From the NCBI GenBank assembly GCA_043778225.1, contig JAYWGM010000079.1, positions 14,094 to 78,093 of the forward strand: DNA of 64,000 bases. The letters are read 5' to 3'. A program made the position numbers and the translations under genes. Each line of letters starts with the position of its first letter. Position 1 is the stretch's first letter. Shown piece by piece: positions 50,911-61,020 of this stretch. Origin of the DNA: Deinococcales bacterium (lineage in GTDB: Bacteria; Deinococcota; Deinococci; Deinococcales; JAAFIG01). A model generated the notes under the pieces. It saw only the letters and a program-made list of their open reading frames with translations, did no database searches and was not told the origin of the DNA.

Positions 50911-51619
50911 AAATGGCTCGAAAACCCTCAATCGGCAGTGCGCCAGCAAATTTATAGCCATTGATGATAAACGATGGTGTCCCCTCGAGTTCAAGCCGAA
51001 TTCCCATCTCATAATCGGCTTGGATGTCAGCATCATGTTTGGTGCTTTGGATACAGGTTTTGAGGGTTTTTTGGTCTACGGCTAAATTACGACTGCGCTC
51101 GAGTAAATCGGCTTGGATTTTTTCGGGATACACTTTTGACCAATCGCGCTGTGATTCAAAGAGCATTTTTTTCATCGCGACAAACTGCCCTTGGTCTTTG
51201 GCACAAGCCGCAAAACGGGCAGCAAGCCGAGCGTGTTGGTGCTGCGGCAGGGGCATATCCCGAAAATAGAGCTTAATTTTGCTAGTCTGGACAAATTCGC
51301 TTTCGATAACCGTCTCGGCAGTTTGGTTATACGCACCACACAACGAGCATTGAAAATCGGCAAATTCAGTCATCGTCACTTTGGCGCTGTTCCTCCCACT
51401 CGAGAACCGAGCGCCCGTCACAACATCGGTTTGTATTTTGACCAACAGCACATCGCGCTCTATAACGCCAGCCGTGGTGGGTAGCCCAAAACGAATCGTT
51501 TTGACCAATGCCTCATCTGGTTTTTTCTGGCTTGGGCTTGCCACCAAAATAGCTGCCAGACCAATCAGGGCAAGGACACCCATGCCAATCAAAAATGTGT
51601 TGCGTTGTTGTACCTTCAT
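50888..51619 (-). CDS. DsbA/thioredoxin-fold protein
   Basis: N-terminal TM; EFADFQCSLC; GTPSF. Confidence 0.88.
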   Translation of the reverse strand: MKVQQRNTFLIGMGVLALIGLAAILVASPSQKKPDEALVKTIRFGLPTTAGVIERDVLLVKIQTDVVTGARFSSGRNSAKVTMTEFADFQCSLCGAYNQTAETVIESEFVQTSKIKLYFRDMPLPQHQHARLAARFAACAKDQGQFVAMKKMLFESQRDWSKVYPEKIQADLLERSRNLAVDQKTLKTCIQSTKHDADIQADYEMGIRLELEGTPSFIINGYKFAGALPIEGFRAIFKEFGVQ

Positions 51620-51641
51620 GGATTTATCGTAACATCTCTTT

Positions 51642-52151
51642 ATGTCTACCGATTTACACCGCCAAACCGCCATCAAACAAGTCCGCGCTGCCATTCTGAC
51701 GATTTCTGATACGCGCAGCCTCGAGACCGACTCGAGTGGCGCATTTTTAGAAACTGCCTTGCTTGAAGCTGGGCATTTGGTGCTGGCTCGAGAACTGGTT
51801 AAAGACGACCCCGAAGCGATTCAAGCCCAACTCCAGACTTGGTTAGCCCAGCAAGAAGCCCAGATTATTTTAACGACGGGCGGCACAGGCATCACCAAGC
51901 GCGATAACACCATCCCGATTATTGAAAGTTTAATCAGTAAACCAATGCCCGGTTTTGGCGAATTGTTCAGGATGCTCTCGTATCAAGAAGTTGGGGCAGC
52001 CGCAATGCTCTCGAGGGCAACTGGCGGACTGGCAGATGGCGGTCACTGCCTGATTTTTGCCATGCCGGGTTCGTTAAATGCGGTTCAGACGGCTTGGAAT
52101 GGCATTTTTGCCAAGGAGATAAGCCATCTGGTTTTTGAAGTGGTGCGGTAA
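51642..52151 (+). CDS. moaB: Molybdenum cofactor biosynthesis protein MoaB/Mog
   Basis: TISD, TTGGTG..RD.T, GFGELFR, AMLSRA, PGS. Confidence 0.88.
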   Translation: MSTDLHRQTAIKQVRAAILTISDTRSLETDSSGAFLETALLEAGHLVLARELVKDDPEAIQAQLQTWLAQQEAQIILTTGGTGITKRDNTIPIIESLISKPMPGFGELFRMLSYQEVGAAAMLSRATGGLADGGHCLIFAMPGSLNAVQTAWNGIFAKEISHLVFEVVR

Positions 52152-52165
52152 GCTATACTCGAGCC

Positions 52166-53176
52166 ATGAAGATACTGGTGACAGGGGCTGGTGGCTATAT
52201 TGGTTCGGTGGCGAGTGGATTGCTGCTCGAGGCGGGTTTTGATTTGGTCTGTCTCGAGAATTTTGTGCGTGGTTACAAACAGCCACTCGAGTTGTTGCAA
52301 GCACAATTTGGAGCGGAACGGTTGCTGCTCGAGCAAGCCGACTTGAGTACCTCTGACTTGAGTCAGATTTTTACACGCCACCAGATTAGCGCCGTGATGC
52401 ACTTTGCGGCACTCCTCAACGTTGGCGAGAGTATGCACCAACCCGTCGAGTATTTTAGTAACAATGTGGTCGGTACGCAGCGCCTGATTGAAGCCATGCA
52501 CCAAGCCAAAGTGCGCCAACTGGTCTTCTCGAGCAGTTGCACCGTCTATGGCAATGCCCAATACCTGCCGATAGACGAGGCACACCCTGTGGTGCAACCC
52601 GAAAGTGTCTATGGGGCTTCTAAAAAAATCTGTGAAGATATGCTTAGCTGGTATGGCAAACTTGGCATTCTCGAGTATGTTGCTTTGCGCTACTTTAATG
52701 TTTGTGGTGCAACCGACGATGGCGCAATTGGCGACTCAAAACGCCCAAGTTTTCATCTGATGCAGAACGCGGTGCTGGGCGCAATGGGCTTACGCGATTT
52801 TACCTTTAATTATGCCACCGTGGACACGCCAGACGGCAGCCCAATCCGCGATTATGTGAATGTCGTGGATTTAGGGCAAGCCCATGTCGCAGCCCTGCAA
52901 TTTTTACAGCGCGAAAAACGCACCGAAATTTTTAACCTTGGCACTGGTTCTGGCAACAGCGTTCTCGAGATTGTCAATATGGTCAAACAAGTCACGGGCA
53001 AAGATTTTGCGGTTGCAGCCGACCCAAACCGCCGTACAGGAGAAGCCAATAGCATGGTTGCCGATTACCAAAAAGCCAAAAAATTACTCGGTTGGACACC
53101 ACAACGCAGCTTAGAACAAAGCGTCCAAAGCCTGATTACTTGGTACTCGAGCCACCCCAAAGGCTGGGAGCGGTGA
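52166..53176 (+). CDS. galE: UDP-glucose 4-epimerase
   Basis: GAGGYIG, HFAA..VGES, YGASK, LRYFNV, RDYVNV. Confidence 0.92.
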   Translation: MKILVTGAGGYIGSVASGLLLEAGFDLVCLENFVRGYKQPLELLQAQFGAERLLLEQADLSTSDLSQIFTRHQISAVMHFAALLNVGESMHQPVEYFSNNVVGTQRLIEAMHQAKVRQLVFSSSCTVYGNAQYLPIDEAHPVVQPESVYGASKKICEDMLSWYGKLGILEYVALRYFNVCGATDDGAIGDSKRPSFHLMQNAVLGAMGLRDFTFNYATVDTPDGSPIRDYVNVVDLGQAHVAALQFLQREKRTEIFNLGTGSGNSVLEIVNMVKQVTGKDFAVAADPNRRTGEANSMVADYQKAKKLLGWTPQRSLEQSVQSLITWYSSHPKGWER

Positions 53177-53967
53177 GGCAGTATCACGAATTTCTCAAGC
53201 ATATCCTCGAGCATGGGATAGAAAAATCCGACCGCACTGGCACGGGGACAAAAAGTGTTTTTGGTTATCAAATGCGTTTTGATTTGGCACAAGGCTTTCC
53301 GCTTGTGACCAGCAAAAAAGTCCATTGGAAAAGCATTGTTGGCGAACTGTTGTGGTTTTTAGCGGGCGACACCAACAACAACACCCTAGAAGCCATGGGC
53401 ATTCGGATTTGGCGCGAATGGGCAAAAACCGACGGTTCGCTTGGACCGATTTATGGGCATCAGTGGCGTTCTTGGAATACCCCAAATGGTCAGACCATAG
53501 ACCAAATGGCGTGGTTGCTCGAGGAAATTAAGAAAAACCCAGACTCGAGGCGCTTAATTATCAGTGCTTGGAATGTGGCTGACCTACCCAAAATGGCACT
53601 TTTACCGTGTCATACGATGTTTCAGTTTTATGTGGCAGACAATAAACTATCCTGCCAGCTTTATCAGCGCAGTGGCGATGCGTTTTTGGGTGTGCCGTTT
53701 AACATTGCTTCTTATGCACTTTTAACCCAGATGATTGCCCATGTTCGCAAGCTCGAGCTAGGCGAATTTATTCATACTTTTGGCGATGCCCATATTTACA
53801 ACAATCACCTCGAGCAAGTGCAGTTACAGCTTTCTCGAGAACCACGAGACCTACCAACGGTGCGCCTAAATCCCGACATCAAAGACTTATTTGCGTTTAG
53901 GCTCGAGGATATAGAATTACAAAATTACAAGCCGCATCCACGTATCCAAGCCGAAGTAGCAGTATAA
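53173..53967 (+). CDS. thyA: Thymidylate synthase
   Basis: DRTGTGT, ELLWF, LLPCH, YQRS.D.FLGVPFN; GTGA overlap with galE. Confidence 0.97.
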   Translation: MRQYHEFLKHILEHGIEKSDRTGTGTKSVFGYQMRFDLAQGFPLVTSKKVHWKSIVGELLWFLAGDTNNNTLEAMGIRIWREWAKTDGSLGPIYGHQWRSWNTPNGQTIDQMAWLLEEIKKNPDSRRLIISAWNVADLPKMALLPCHTMFQFYVADNKLSCQLYQRSGDAFLGVPFNIASYALLTQMIAHVRKLELGEFIHTFGDAHIYNNHLEQVQLQLSREPRDLPTVRLNPDIKDLFAFRLEDIELQNYKPHPRIQAEVAV

Positions 53968-54009
53968 GGTACGACAATCTCCATCCAAATTGTGTGGGAC
54001 GGTTTTATC

Positions 54010-54033
54010 GTAGGGGCTAGGCTTGCCTCGCCC
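54010..54033 (+). repeat. GTAG-type REP
   Basis: GTAGGGGCTAGGCTTGCCTCGCCC between thyA and folA. Confidence 0.8.
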
Positions 54034-54099
54034 CAGTGACAGATAACAGTTTGGCATCTACAATTTACAAAAATCATTAAACAAAAGAGGAACGAAGAA

Positions 54100-54591
54100 A
54101 TGGGGATTTTACGCAAGATTGAGATGATTGCCGCTATTGACCAAAATCATGCGATTGGTTTTGGCGATGCCATGCCTTGGCATTTGCCCGACGACCTGAA
54201 ATACTTTAAGCGCGTCACCCTAGAAAAAACTGTGCTGATGGGGCGCAAAACCTTCTCGAGCATCGGGCGGGCTTTGCCAAAACGACGCAATCTTGTGCTG
54301 ACAAGGGACACCGATTTTACAGCAGAAGGCATCGAAATCGTGCATTCATTTGAACAAGCGCTGATTCTCGAGCCAAATTTAATGGTTATTGGTGGCGGCG
54401 AAATCTACAGACTAGCACTGCCACACGCCACTAAACTGCACTTGACTTTGGTCAACACCCAAGTGCCAAAAGCGGATGCGTACTTCCCAGTATTCAATCA
54501 AAAAAAGTGGCAAGAAGTCTCGAGAATTCATCACGAAGCAGATGAAAAACATATTTTTAGTTTTGATTGGATTGTGCTAGAGCGAATTTAG
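54100..54591 (+). CDS. folA: Dihydrofolate reductase
   Basis: MPWHLPDD, MGRKT, LPKRRN, IGGGEIY. Confidence 0.96.
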   Translation: MGILRKIEMIAAIDQNHAIGFGDAMPWHLPDDLKYFKRVTLEKTVLMGRKTFSSIGRALPKRRNLVLTRDTDFTAEGIEIVHSFEQALILEPNLMVIGGGEIYRLALPHATKLHLTLVNTQVPKADAYFPVFNQKKWQEVSRIHHEADEKHIFSFDWIVLERI

Positions 54592-54926
54592 CGTGGAATC
54601 AGCAATTGCAAGCCATGCAGCACAAGCTCAAAGGCATCTGCATCCAAAAGCCCAACAGATTCGGTCAAGAAAGACTTATCAGCAGTGGTCAGCTGGGTAA
54701 TATTGACGACTGCATCTCGAGGTAAGCCGCTTTCTTCTTTTTCGATAAATACATTTCCGGGCATTTCTGCCAATTTTAGATTGGTGGTGATTATCACCAC
54801 AGTCACGGTTTTAATCGCGCTTTGATTATATTGGTCGCTCGAGACAATCAACACAGGTCGCCTGCCGCCCGGTTCGCTACCAAGTGGCTCTGGGAGACTT
54901 GCCCACCAAATTTCGCTTCGTTTCAA
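54588..54926 (-). CDS. MazF/PemK family toxin
   Basis: P.GSEPGGRRPVLIVS; TTGA overlap with antitoxin. Confidence 0.9.
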   Translation of the reverse strand: MKRSEIWWASLPEPLGSEPGGRRPVLIVSSDQYNQSAIKTVTVVIITTNLKLAEMPGNVFIEKEESGLPRDAVVNITQLTTADKSFLTESVGLLDADAFELVLHGLQLLIPR

Positions 54927-55171
54927 AACCAATCCTCGGCTGGTTGGGATTGAATCACTCGAGCGCTGAGGTGTTGCAAGAAAGCGTCTGGTGTGGTGTC
55001 TATCTTTTCACAAAGCGCATTGATTTGTTCGGTAATGCTGGTTGGCTCGTGACGCTCGAGATATTCCTTTAAGGCTTTGCTGTACAACTCAGAACGACTC
55101 AGCCGATGCTGATTAGCAAATCGCTCGGCGGCTCGAAAAGTTGCTTCTGGTACACTGATTGCCGTCTTCAC
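54923..55171 (-). CDS. RHH antitoxin (ChpI-like)
   Basis: MKTAISVP..SRSELY. Confidence 0.88.
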   Translation of the reverse strand: MKTAISVPEATFRAAERFANQHRLSRSELYSKALKEYLERHEPTSITEQINALCEKIDTTPDAFLQHLSARVIQSQPAEDWF

Positions 55172-55194
55172 AACAAAAGTATAACAGATTTATA

Positions 55195-55956
55195 CTAACT
55201 TGCCAGTAACTCGAGAACTTGGTGATGAAGCGCATCGTTTGTTCCAACCGCATCTGAGCCGTGAATCGTGGGAACGCCAGCCCAAGTCGTAAAATGCCCA
55301 CCCGCTTCCTCGAGAATCGGTTGCATTGGCGCACAATCCCAGACGTTCATACCTGCATCGAGCATGATGTCGGCTCTGCCTGTTGCCACAAGAACGTATC
55401 CAAAACAATCGCCCCAACCACGGGTTAAATGCACTCGAGCCGCCAGATGATCGTACTGCCCACCTCGTTTTCGGCACGATTCAGAACTGGTGGTTAAAAG
55501 CGTTGCTTCTTCAAGATTTTTGGTACTCGAGACCCTTGCAATGCGCCCATTCAAAAAAGCCCCCATACCTTTGGCGGCGTACAGCATTTCGTTCTGGACT
55601 GGCAAATAGACCGCGCCAACACTGGCAACACCTTCTATCTCGAGCGCCACCAATGTGCCGTACAGTGGTGCGCCACGAATAAAGGATTTTGTACCATCCA
55701 AAGGGTCAATAATCCAACGCATATCGGCTGCACCGACCTCGAGTCCAGCTTCTTCACCAATAATGCTGTGGCTGGCGTAATCGCGCTTAATCCGTTCCCG
55801 AATGACCATCTCAGCTTCGCGGTCGGCAACGGTCACAGGCGTATCGTTATTTTTGGTCTCGACCATCACGCCTGTATTAAAATACGCCAAAGTACGTTTC
55901 CCACCAAGGTAAGCAGCGTCTATACAGGTCTCGAGGTAGTCACGAAGATTCGGCAT
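55195..55956 (-). CDS. hisN: Inositol monophosphatase family protein, histidinol-phosphatase-like
   Basis: PVTVADREAE, IIDPLDGTKSF, GWGD, WD. Confidence 0.75.
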   Translation of the reverse strand: MPNLRDYLETCIDAAYLGGKRTLAYFNTGVMVETKNNDTPVTVADREAEMVIRERIKRDYASHSIIGEEAGLEVGAADMRWIIDPLDGTKSFIRGAPLYGTLVALEIEGVASVGAVYLPVQNEMLYAAKGMGAFLNGRIARVSSTKNLEEATLLTTSSESCRKRGGQYDHLAARVHLTRGWGDCFGYVLVATGRADIMLDAGMNVWDCAPMQPILEEAGGHFTTWAGVPTIHGSDAVGTNDALHHQVLELLAS

Positions 55957-55974
55957 GGCAGGAGCTTAACACCA

Positions 55975-56049
55975 GAGATGAAAAGGGTAAAAGGTCAAAA
56001 GGTCAAAGTAAAAACTTTTCACCTTTTCTACTTTTGACCTTTTCACCTG
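55975..56049. repeat. (GTNAAAAG)n inverted array
   Basis: gtaaaag gtcaaaag gtcaaag ... cttttcac cttttcta cttttgac cttttcac. Confidence 0.85.
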
Positions 56050-56053
56050 CCCC

Positions 56054-57028
56054 TCACGGCATCGCATGGCGTTTGGCGCTCGAGTAGCGCCCAGTTACGT
56101 AATGCTCGAGTTGCCGTTCGATGTCGGTTAAAAGTCCACTTGCACCAAAGCGAAAAAGATGTGCTTCGCACCACGGTGTGCCAAGTTCATCGTGCATTAA
56201 AAACAGATACTCGAGGCAGTTTTTAGCGCTGCGAATGCCACCAGCTGGTTTATAACCCACGCGGTAGCCCGTGCGCTCAAGGTAGGTGCGGATTTGGCGC
56301 ACCATCACCAAAGTGACTGGCAGGGTGGCATTGGCGCTTTCTTTGCCGGTACTGGTTTTAATAAAATCTGCGCCAGCCATCATCGCGGTTTGGCTTGCCC
56401 TTGCGACATTGGTTAAACTGCCCAGTTCGCCCGTGGCTAAAATCACTTTCAGTCTCGAGTGACCGCAGGCTTCGCGGACTTGGCGCACTTCGTCGTACAG
56501 CGCTTCCCACTTGTTGCCCAGCACAAGTCCTCGAGTAATCACCATGTCAATTTCGCTCGCACCATCGGCGACACTTGCCCGAACTTCCTCGAGTCGGGTT
56601 TTCATTGGTGCAAGACCCGCCGGAAAAGCGGTGCTGACAGCTGCAACAGGTACACCACTGCCTTCGAGGGCTTTAATGGCAGTTTTCACAAACGGATGAT
56701 AAACACAAATCGCCCCAGTGGTGATGCCCAAATCTGTTGCACCCAATGCCTCGAGTAAATCTAAGCGCACAGGGTTACGGGCTTTGGCGCAAAGACGCTG
56801 TACGTTGGTATCGGTATCATCGCCCGAAAGTGTGGTCAGGTCTATCAGCGTAATGGCACGCAGTAACCAAGCCGCTTGAAATTCTTTTTTGACACTACGG
56901 CGTGTGCCAATTGTGGCAGCCCGCCGCTCAATAGCGCTTTTGTTGATTCGGGTTTCCTCGAGCCACGACAAATCAAAAGGCATTCCAGAATTGCGCTCGA
57001 GCCAAAGGTCAGTGCTTGCAAGGGTCAT
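56054..57028 (-). CDS. deoC: Deoxyribose-phosphate aldolase
   Basis: IDLTTL, EIDMVI, LKVILATG, FIKTSTGK, KPAGGI, RFGASGLL. Confidence 0.95.
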   Translation of the reverse strand: MTLASTDLWLERNSGMPFDLSWLEETRINKSAIERRAATIGTRRSVKKEFQAAWLLRAITLIDLTTLSGDDTDTNVQRLCAKARNPVRLDLLEALGATDLGITTGAICVYHPFVKTAIKALEGSGVPVAAVSTAFPAGLAPMKTRLEEVRASVADGASEIDMVITRGLVLGNKWEALYDEVRQVREACGHSRLKVILATGELGSLTNVARASQTAMMAGADFIKTSTGKESANATLPVTLVMVRQIRTYLERTGYRVGYKPAGGIRSAKNCLEYLFLMHDELGTPWCEAHLFRFGASGLLTDIERQLEHYVTGRYSSAKRHAMP

Positions 57029-57042
57029 GGGGATAGTTTACG

Positions 57043-58233
57043 CTAAAAAGTGATGCGACGAATCAGCAATTGATTTTTTTGGCAATAACCAAGCAAGAGT
57101 TTTTTGTCGGTGGTAAAAGCAAAATCCTCGAGTTTGGCTGGGATTGCCGCCAACCAACGCGGTTTATTGTTTGGTGTGTGAAGCATTACTTTTTGTTCAT
57201 CTAAAAAAATAACCTCGCCTGTTGGATAGGTCTTGGCATAAAAATCCCCTAACTCGAGCGAGTCAAGACCCTGAGAATCCATACGCACACCTCGCTCGTT
57301 AAACCAATCTACATACCAAGTGAGCTTATCGCCTTGTGGTGAATTATCTGTACCAGAAACAAAAACTAGACCACCTTTTGGCATGATTTGCAAAGAACGA
57401 TAATAACCAATGTCATTTGGGGCGGAGTCAATATCCACCCCATCCTGACTAAAACTTGGCTCGAGAAAACCAGCATTGCTCAATTTAGCCACAAATAAAC
57501 GTAGACCTCTAAATTGAATTCCACCTGTCAGGGCAAAATTCCCCGCCACATCCATCGCCAAACTGTAGGCGGTCACGGCTGGCGTTCCAGAACCAAAGGC
57601 GCTCAGAAGCTCGAGAATTTTTGGACTGATAACGCTAAATTCAGCGTAGCCTTGGGTTGCAAAACTGGTATCAAGGTCTAACTCACCTCGATTTGAAAGG
57701 GTGTAGCGCACAAAAACAACCCTTTGATTGGCTTCGTCATCAAATGCCAACAATAAACGCTGACCAGACCAAACCCAAGCATACGCCACGACTTCATCAA
57801 ACTTTGGCAAATCCAAATTAACCCGAAATTTTACTTTTCCAGCCGCCGAAATCAACACCAAACGCGTCGAAACAAAAGCATCCTCGGCAAAACCTTGAAG
57901 GTCAGACCCAACAATCAAGACATCCGAATTATTTTGTTGAATCACTTGAGTATCCTGCACATCCCAATCTGGAAGGCGCAACACCGCCTGATTCGCAAAA
58001 CTGGTGTCCCATTTGCCTGCTCGAGTCAGTTTTAAGAGCGTTAGGATTTTTTGAGATTGTTTGACCAACAATACACTTCGGTCTGGGAAATCTAGCATGG
58101 TCAGCAAGCCACAAATCCCAGCTTGGGTCGTACCTTGATTGCCAAAACTCGAGTCGGGCTTGCCAATCCGAGACTGCGAAAAAGCTGTCACCGAAAAAAC
58201 CAGCAAAGCCAATATCAATATTACTCGAGTCAT
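57043..58233 (-). CDS. Secreted beta-propeller-like protein with delta-60-like repeats
   Basis: Signal peptide; repeated G..D.SF...G motifs. Confidence 0.7.
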   Translation of the reverse strand: MTRVILILALLVFSVTAFSQSRIGKPDSSFGNQGTTQAGICGLLTMLDFPDRSVLLVKQSQKILTLLKLTRAGKWDTSFANQAVLRLPDWDVQDTQVIQQNNSDVLIVGSDLQGFAEDAFVSTRLVLISAAGKVKFRVNLDLPKFDEVVAYAWVWSGQRLLLAFDDEANQRVVFVRYTLSNRGELDLDTSFATQGYAEFSVISPKILELLSAFGSGTPAVTAYSLAMDVAGNFALTGGIQFRGLRLFVAKLSNAGFLEPSFSQDGVDIDSAPNDIGYYRSLQIMPKGGLVFVSGTDNSPQGDKLTWYVDWFNERGVRMDSQGLDSLELGDFYAKTYPTGEVIFLDEQKVMLHTPNNKPRWLAAIPAKLEDFAFTTDKKLLLGYCQKNQLLIRRITF

Positions 58234-58328
58234 GGCAGCAGCATAGCGCAAAAGGCAAAAGCCATGTTTACTTTAGAGCCTCCAAAAGAATGCCATTTCA
58301 TCATTAGTAACAGGACAGACACAGGGGT

Positions 58329-58366
58329 GTCTTGACCATAAGCGCGCACCTTACGGGCATAGTCGC
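58329..58366 (-). mobile_element. 38-bp structured micro-element, copy C
   Basis: GCGACTATGCCCGTAAGGTGCGCGCTTATGGTCAAGAC on the minus strand. Confidence 0.65.
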
Positions 58367-58407
58367 CTGTCCCTACAATCTTGGCATAAAAATGCTTGAG
58401 GTAGGGG

Positions 58408-58446
58408 GCGACCCAAGCCCGTTAGGTGCATCTTTAGGGTCAAGAA
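58408..58446 (+). mobile_element. 39-bp structured micro-element, copy B
   Basis: GCGACCCAAGCCCGTTAGGTGCATCTTTAGGGTCAAGAA. Confidence 0.65.
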
Positions 58447-58529
58447 CGAACCCCCGTGTTCGCCCTGTTTTTTCATTCACGCGTTTGACGAAAATTTCTA
58501 ACAATTTCGGAACTTTCGGAGGCTCTATG

Positions 58530-58570
58530 TTTACTTTCGCCTTTTGACCCTTTCACCTTTTTACCTTTTT
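58530..58570. repeat. Half (pyrimidine arm) of the GTNAAAAG array
   Basis: ctttcgc cttttgac cctttcac ctttttac cttttt. Confidence 0.7.
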
Positions 58571-59745
58571 TAATTCAGCAATTCAAAAATCCCAGCCGCG
58601 CCCTGCCCACCACCAACGCACATCGTCACCATGCCATACCGCCCACCACGCCGACGAAGTTCGTTGATTAAAGTTGTGGTCAGTTTTGCACCCGTACAAC
58701 CCAAGGGATGACCCAGCGCAATTGCCCCACCATTAACATTGAGTTTATTCATATCAATCCCGATTTCTCGAGCCACCGCCAAGGCTTGGGCGGCAAATGC
58801 CTCGTTGAGTTCAAAAAGGTCAATATCCTTTAGCTCGAGACCCGCCAGTTTAAGCGCCTTGGGAATCGCAGCAATTGGACCAATACCCATGATTTCTGGG
58901 GCAACGCCAACACTGGCAAAACTCACAAAACGCGCCAAGGGCTTCAAGCCAAGGTCAGCCGCTCGAGCCGCGCTCATCAGCACCGCTGCCGCCGCACCAT
59001 CGGAGAACGGACTTGAGTTTCCAGCCGTGACGCTGCCGCCCTCTCTGAACGCACCACGCAGCTTACCCAGCCCCTCAAGACTGGTATCGCGGCGCAAAAG
59101 TTCATCGGTGTCAAACATCATTTCGCTCGAGATGGTTTTTGTACCTTTGAGTTTATCCACCCGCACTGGCACAGACACGATTTCATCTTTAAATTTTCCA
59201 GCATCCTGTGCCGCCGCCGCCCGTTGGTGCGACTCGAGGGCAAAGGCATCCATGTCCGCACGGTTCACGCCGTACTTATCCGCTACGTTCTCGGCAGTAT
59301 GACCCATACCGATGTACGCACCCGGTCTCGAGTCCACGAGGGCATTATTGGCGCTAAAAGCAAAACCAGACATTGGCACAAGGCTCATGCTTTCCGCACC
59401 ACCAGCGATTAAACAATCGTTGCTGCCGCTACGGATGGCTTGGGCAGCCATAGCAATAGTCTGCAAACCAGAGGCGCAAAAACGGTTAATCGTCACACCA
59501 GCCACGGAATCGGGCAGACCAGCGCGGAGACTCGAGAGACGCGCAAAGTTTAGCCCTTGCGAACCCTCGGGCATGGCACAACCTAGAAAGACATCCTCGA
59601 CTAAGTTTGGGTCAACGCCCGCCCTCGAGACGGATTCTTTAAGGACGATTGCCGCGAGGTCATCGGCTCGAGTGTTTGACAGTGTGCCTTTTAAGCCACG
59701 ACCAACGGCGGTGCGGACGGCGGAAACGATAACAGCTTCATTCAT
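58570..59745 (-). CDS. fadA: Acetyl-CoA C-acyltransferase (thiolase)
   Basis: NRFCASG, NEAFA, GHPLG, CVGGGQG. Confidence 0.93.
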   Translation of the reverse strand: MNEAVIVSAVRTAVGRGLKGTLSNTRADDLAAIVLKESVSRAGVDPNLVEDVFLGCAMPEGSQGLNFARLSSLRAGLPDSVAGVTINRFCASGLQTIAMAAQAIRSGSNDCLIAGGAESMSLVPMSGFAFSANNALVDSRPGAYIGMGHTAENVADKYGVNRADMDAFALESHQRAAAAQDAGKFKDEIVSVPVRVDKLKGTKTISSEMMFDTDELLRRDTSLEGLGKLRGAFREGGSVTAGNSSPFSDGAAAAVLMSAARAADLGLKPLARFVSFASVGVAPEIMGIGPIAAIPKALKLAGLELKDIDLFELNEAFAAQALAVAREIGIDMNKLNVNGGAIALGHPLGCTGAKLTTTLINELRRRGGRYGMVTMCVGGGQGAAGIFELLN

Positions 59746-60419
59746 GGGGTTACTCCTTTTGATTGTTCAGATGCTTTAGCGGCACTATCCTCGGTAAGAA
59801 ATACCTTACTGGCAATTTGACCAATAGCTTTTGTCGAAAAACCATCAATCGTACCGCCAACAATCCCCCCAGCTATTGGTATTAGTTTTCCAAGATTAAC
59901 AATGCCTTTTTCACCAAATTTTGTAATAAGCCTAAAACCAACTCGTTGATTGATAACTTTGAGTGCCTGACCAGATATGCTATTGATGGCACTTTTTGTT
60001 AGTTTTGTAGTTAAACTAATTCCTGCACCTTTAAGTAAATCTTTGAGAGAAGCGCCTGTTAAACAAGCATAAACCAATGTTTTGACCCGATCATCGTGTG
60101 GATTATACCCACCCATAATTGCAATCGCAGCAATCATTCTCATTTGGATAAAAGTGACAGAAGTGAAACTTGCAGGAAGTGTGAGTGGTAAAAGTATCAA
60201 ACCACCAAGACCAGCTAAGAATCCTGTAGTTGTAGCTTTCGCAATTTGCCAATTTACTAAACTAGAGATAATTTTCTTATTAGACTTTCCAGCATCCATA
60301 AAATTATCCGCCAATTGTTGGGCAGACTCAACTCCAGGAATCCCATTTATAGCTTTTTCATAAATCCAATCAAGAATCTGTTGAATAGACTCTTCGGTTA
60401 ATTTGGTAACTTTGTTCAT
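59742..60419 (-). CDS. EcsC family protein
   Basis: [31 protein letters not shown]-rich, no CTCGAG seen. Confidence 0.85.
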   Translation of the reverse strand: MNKVTKLTEESIQQILDWIYEKAINGIPGVESAQQLADNFMDAGKSNKKIISSLVNWQIAKATTTGFLAGLGGLILLPLTLPASFTSVTFIQMRMIAAIAIMGGYNPHDDRVKTLVYACLTGASLKDLLKGAGISLTTKLTKSAINSISGQALKVINQRVGFRLITKFGEKGIVNLGKLIPIAGGIVGGTIDGFSTKAIGQIASKVFLTEDSAAKASEQSKGVTP

Positions 60420-60476
60420 AAAATCCTCTAAATCATTGCATGATGTGGTACGAAATACACTTACTGTTTCCTGTGT

Positions 60477-60707
60477 TTAATCTGCGGCTGCCATCTCGAG
60501 GGGTTCTACTATCATTGGTAACTCGAGTTTGCCTTGTCTTGCGCTTACATCCATAATCTCGAGGCATTCAATTGCATGGGTTATTGGGTTGGTTCTTGCG
60601 ACAACACCACTGGCAATTTCGGTGGAATCTTGTCCTCGGTATGGTTTGCAGAAATGAATGGTCATCAGGTCGCCGTCTGGATCAAACTTTATTTCGATTT
60701 TTCCCAT
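60477..60707 (-). CDS. DUF2283 family protein (putative antitoxin)
   Basis: FDPDGDLMTIHF..EIASGV..IECLEI. Confidence 0.75.
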   Translation of the reverse strand: MGKIEIKFDPDGDLMTIHFCKPYRGQDSTEIASGVVARTNPITHAIECLEIMDVSARQGKLELPMIVEPLEMAAAD

Positions 60708-61012
60708 ATCACCACATCCTGTTTTGAGAGTTTCCGTGAGAAGTACGCCGTCATGATTTTATAAATGTTGTCTCGTTTTATTTTATTGACTGCAACGATT
60801 AAAAACGTGTTTCCAAGGTCTATAACAAAAAGCAGTGAACCCGTTGGGCGTTGTCTGATTTGATTGGGTTGTTGAATCGCAGCCTTGAGGTCTTCGTCAC
60901 CATCATCGAACACTTCGGCGTGTTCCTCGAGAATATGCAATCTGCGTTCGGGTGTAAGTACGACTTCTTGATTGAGGTGTGGACAAAATATCCAAATTTT
61001 TCCTTCTCCCAT
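60689..61012 (-). CDS. Putative BECR-fold RNase/toxin paired with DUF2283
   Basis: LTPERRLHILEEH..IQQP..IMTAY; overlaps the DUF2283 gene. Confidence 0.6.
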   Translation of the reverse strand: MGEGKIWIFCPHLNQEVVLTPERRLHILEEHAEVFDDGDEDLKAAIQQPNQIRQRPTGSLLFVIDLGNTFLIVAVNKIKRDNIYKIMTAYFSRKLSKQDVVIWEKSK

Positions 61013-61020
61013 AAGTCATT

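Larger units (their letters stand above)
58313..58465. repeat. Divergent GTAG-REP doublet, each REP interrupted by a micro-element
   Basis: Removing the inserts restores GTAGGGACAGACCCCTGTGTCTGTCC (-) and GTAGGGGCGAACCCCCGTGTTCGCCC (+). Confidence 0.8.

Noticed and set aside
53092..53172. N-terminal extensions in the ORF track (thyA; also nuoH, DsbA, ASCH, AddA-like)
   Set aside because: Downstream starts with overlaps, SD or leaderless -10 boxes fit better.
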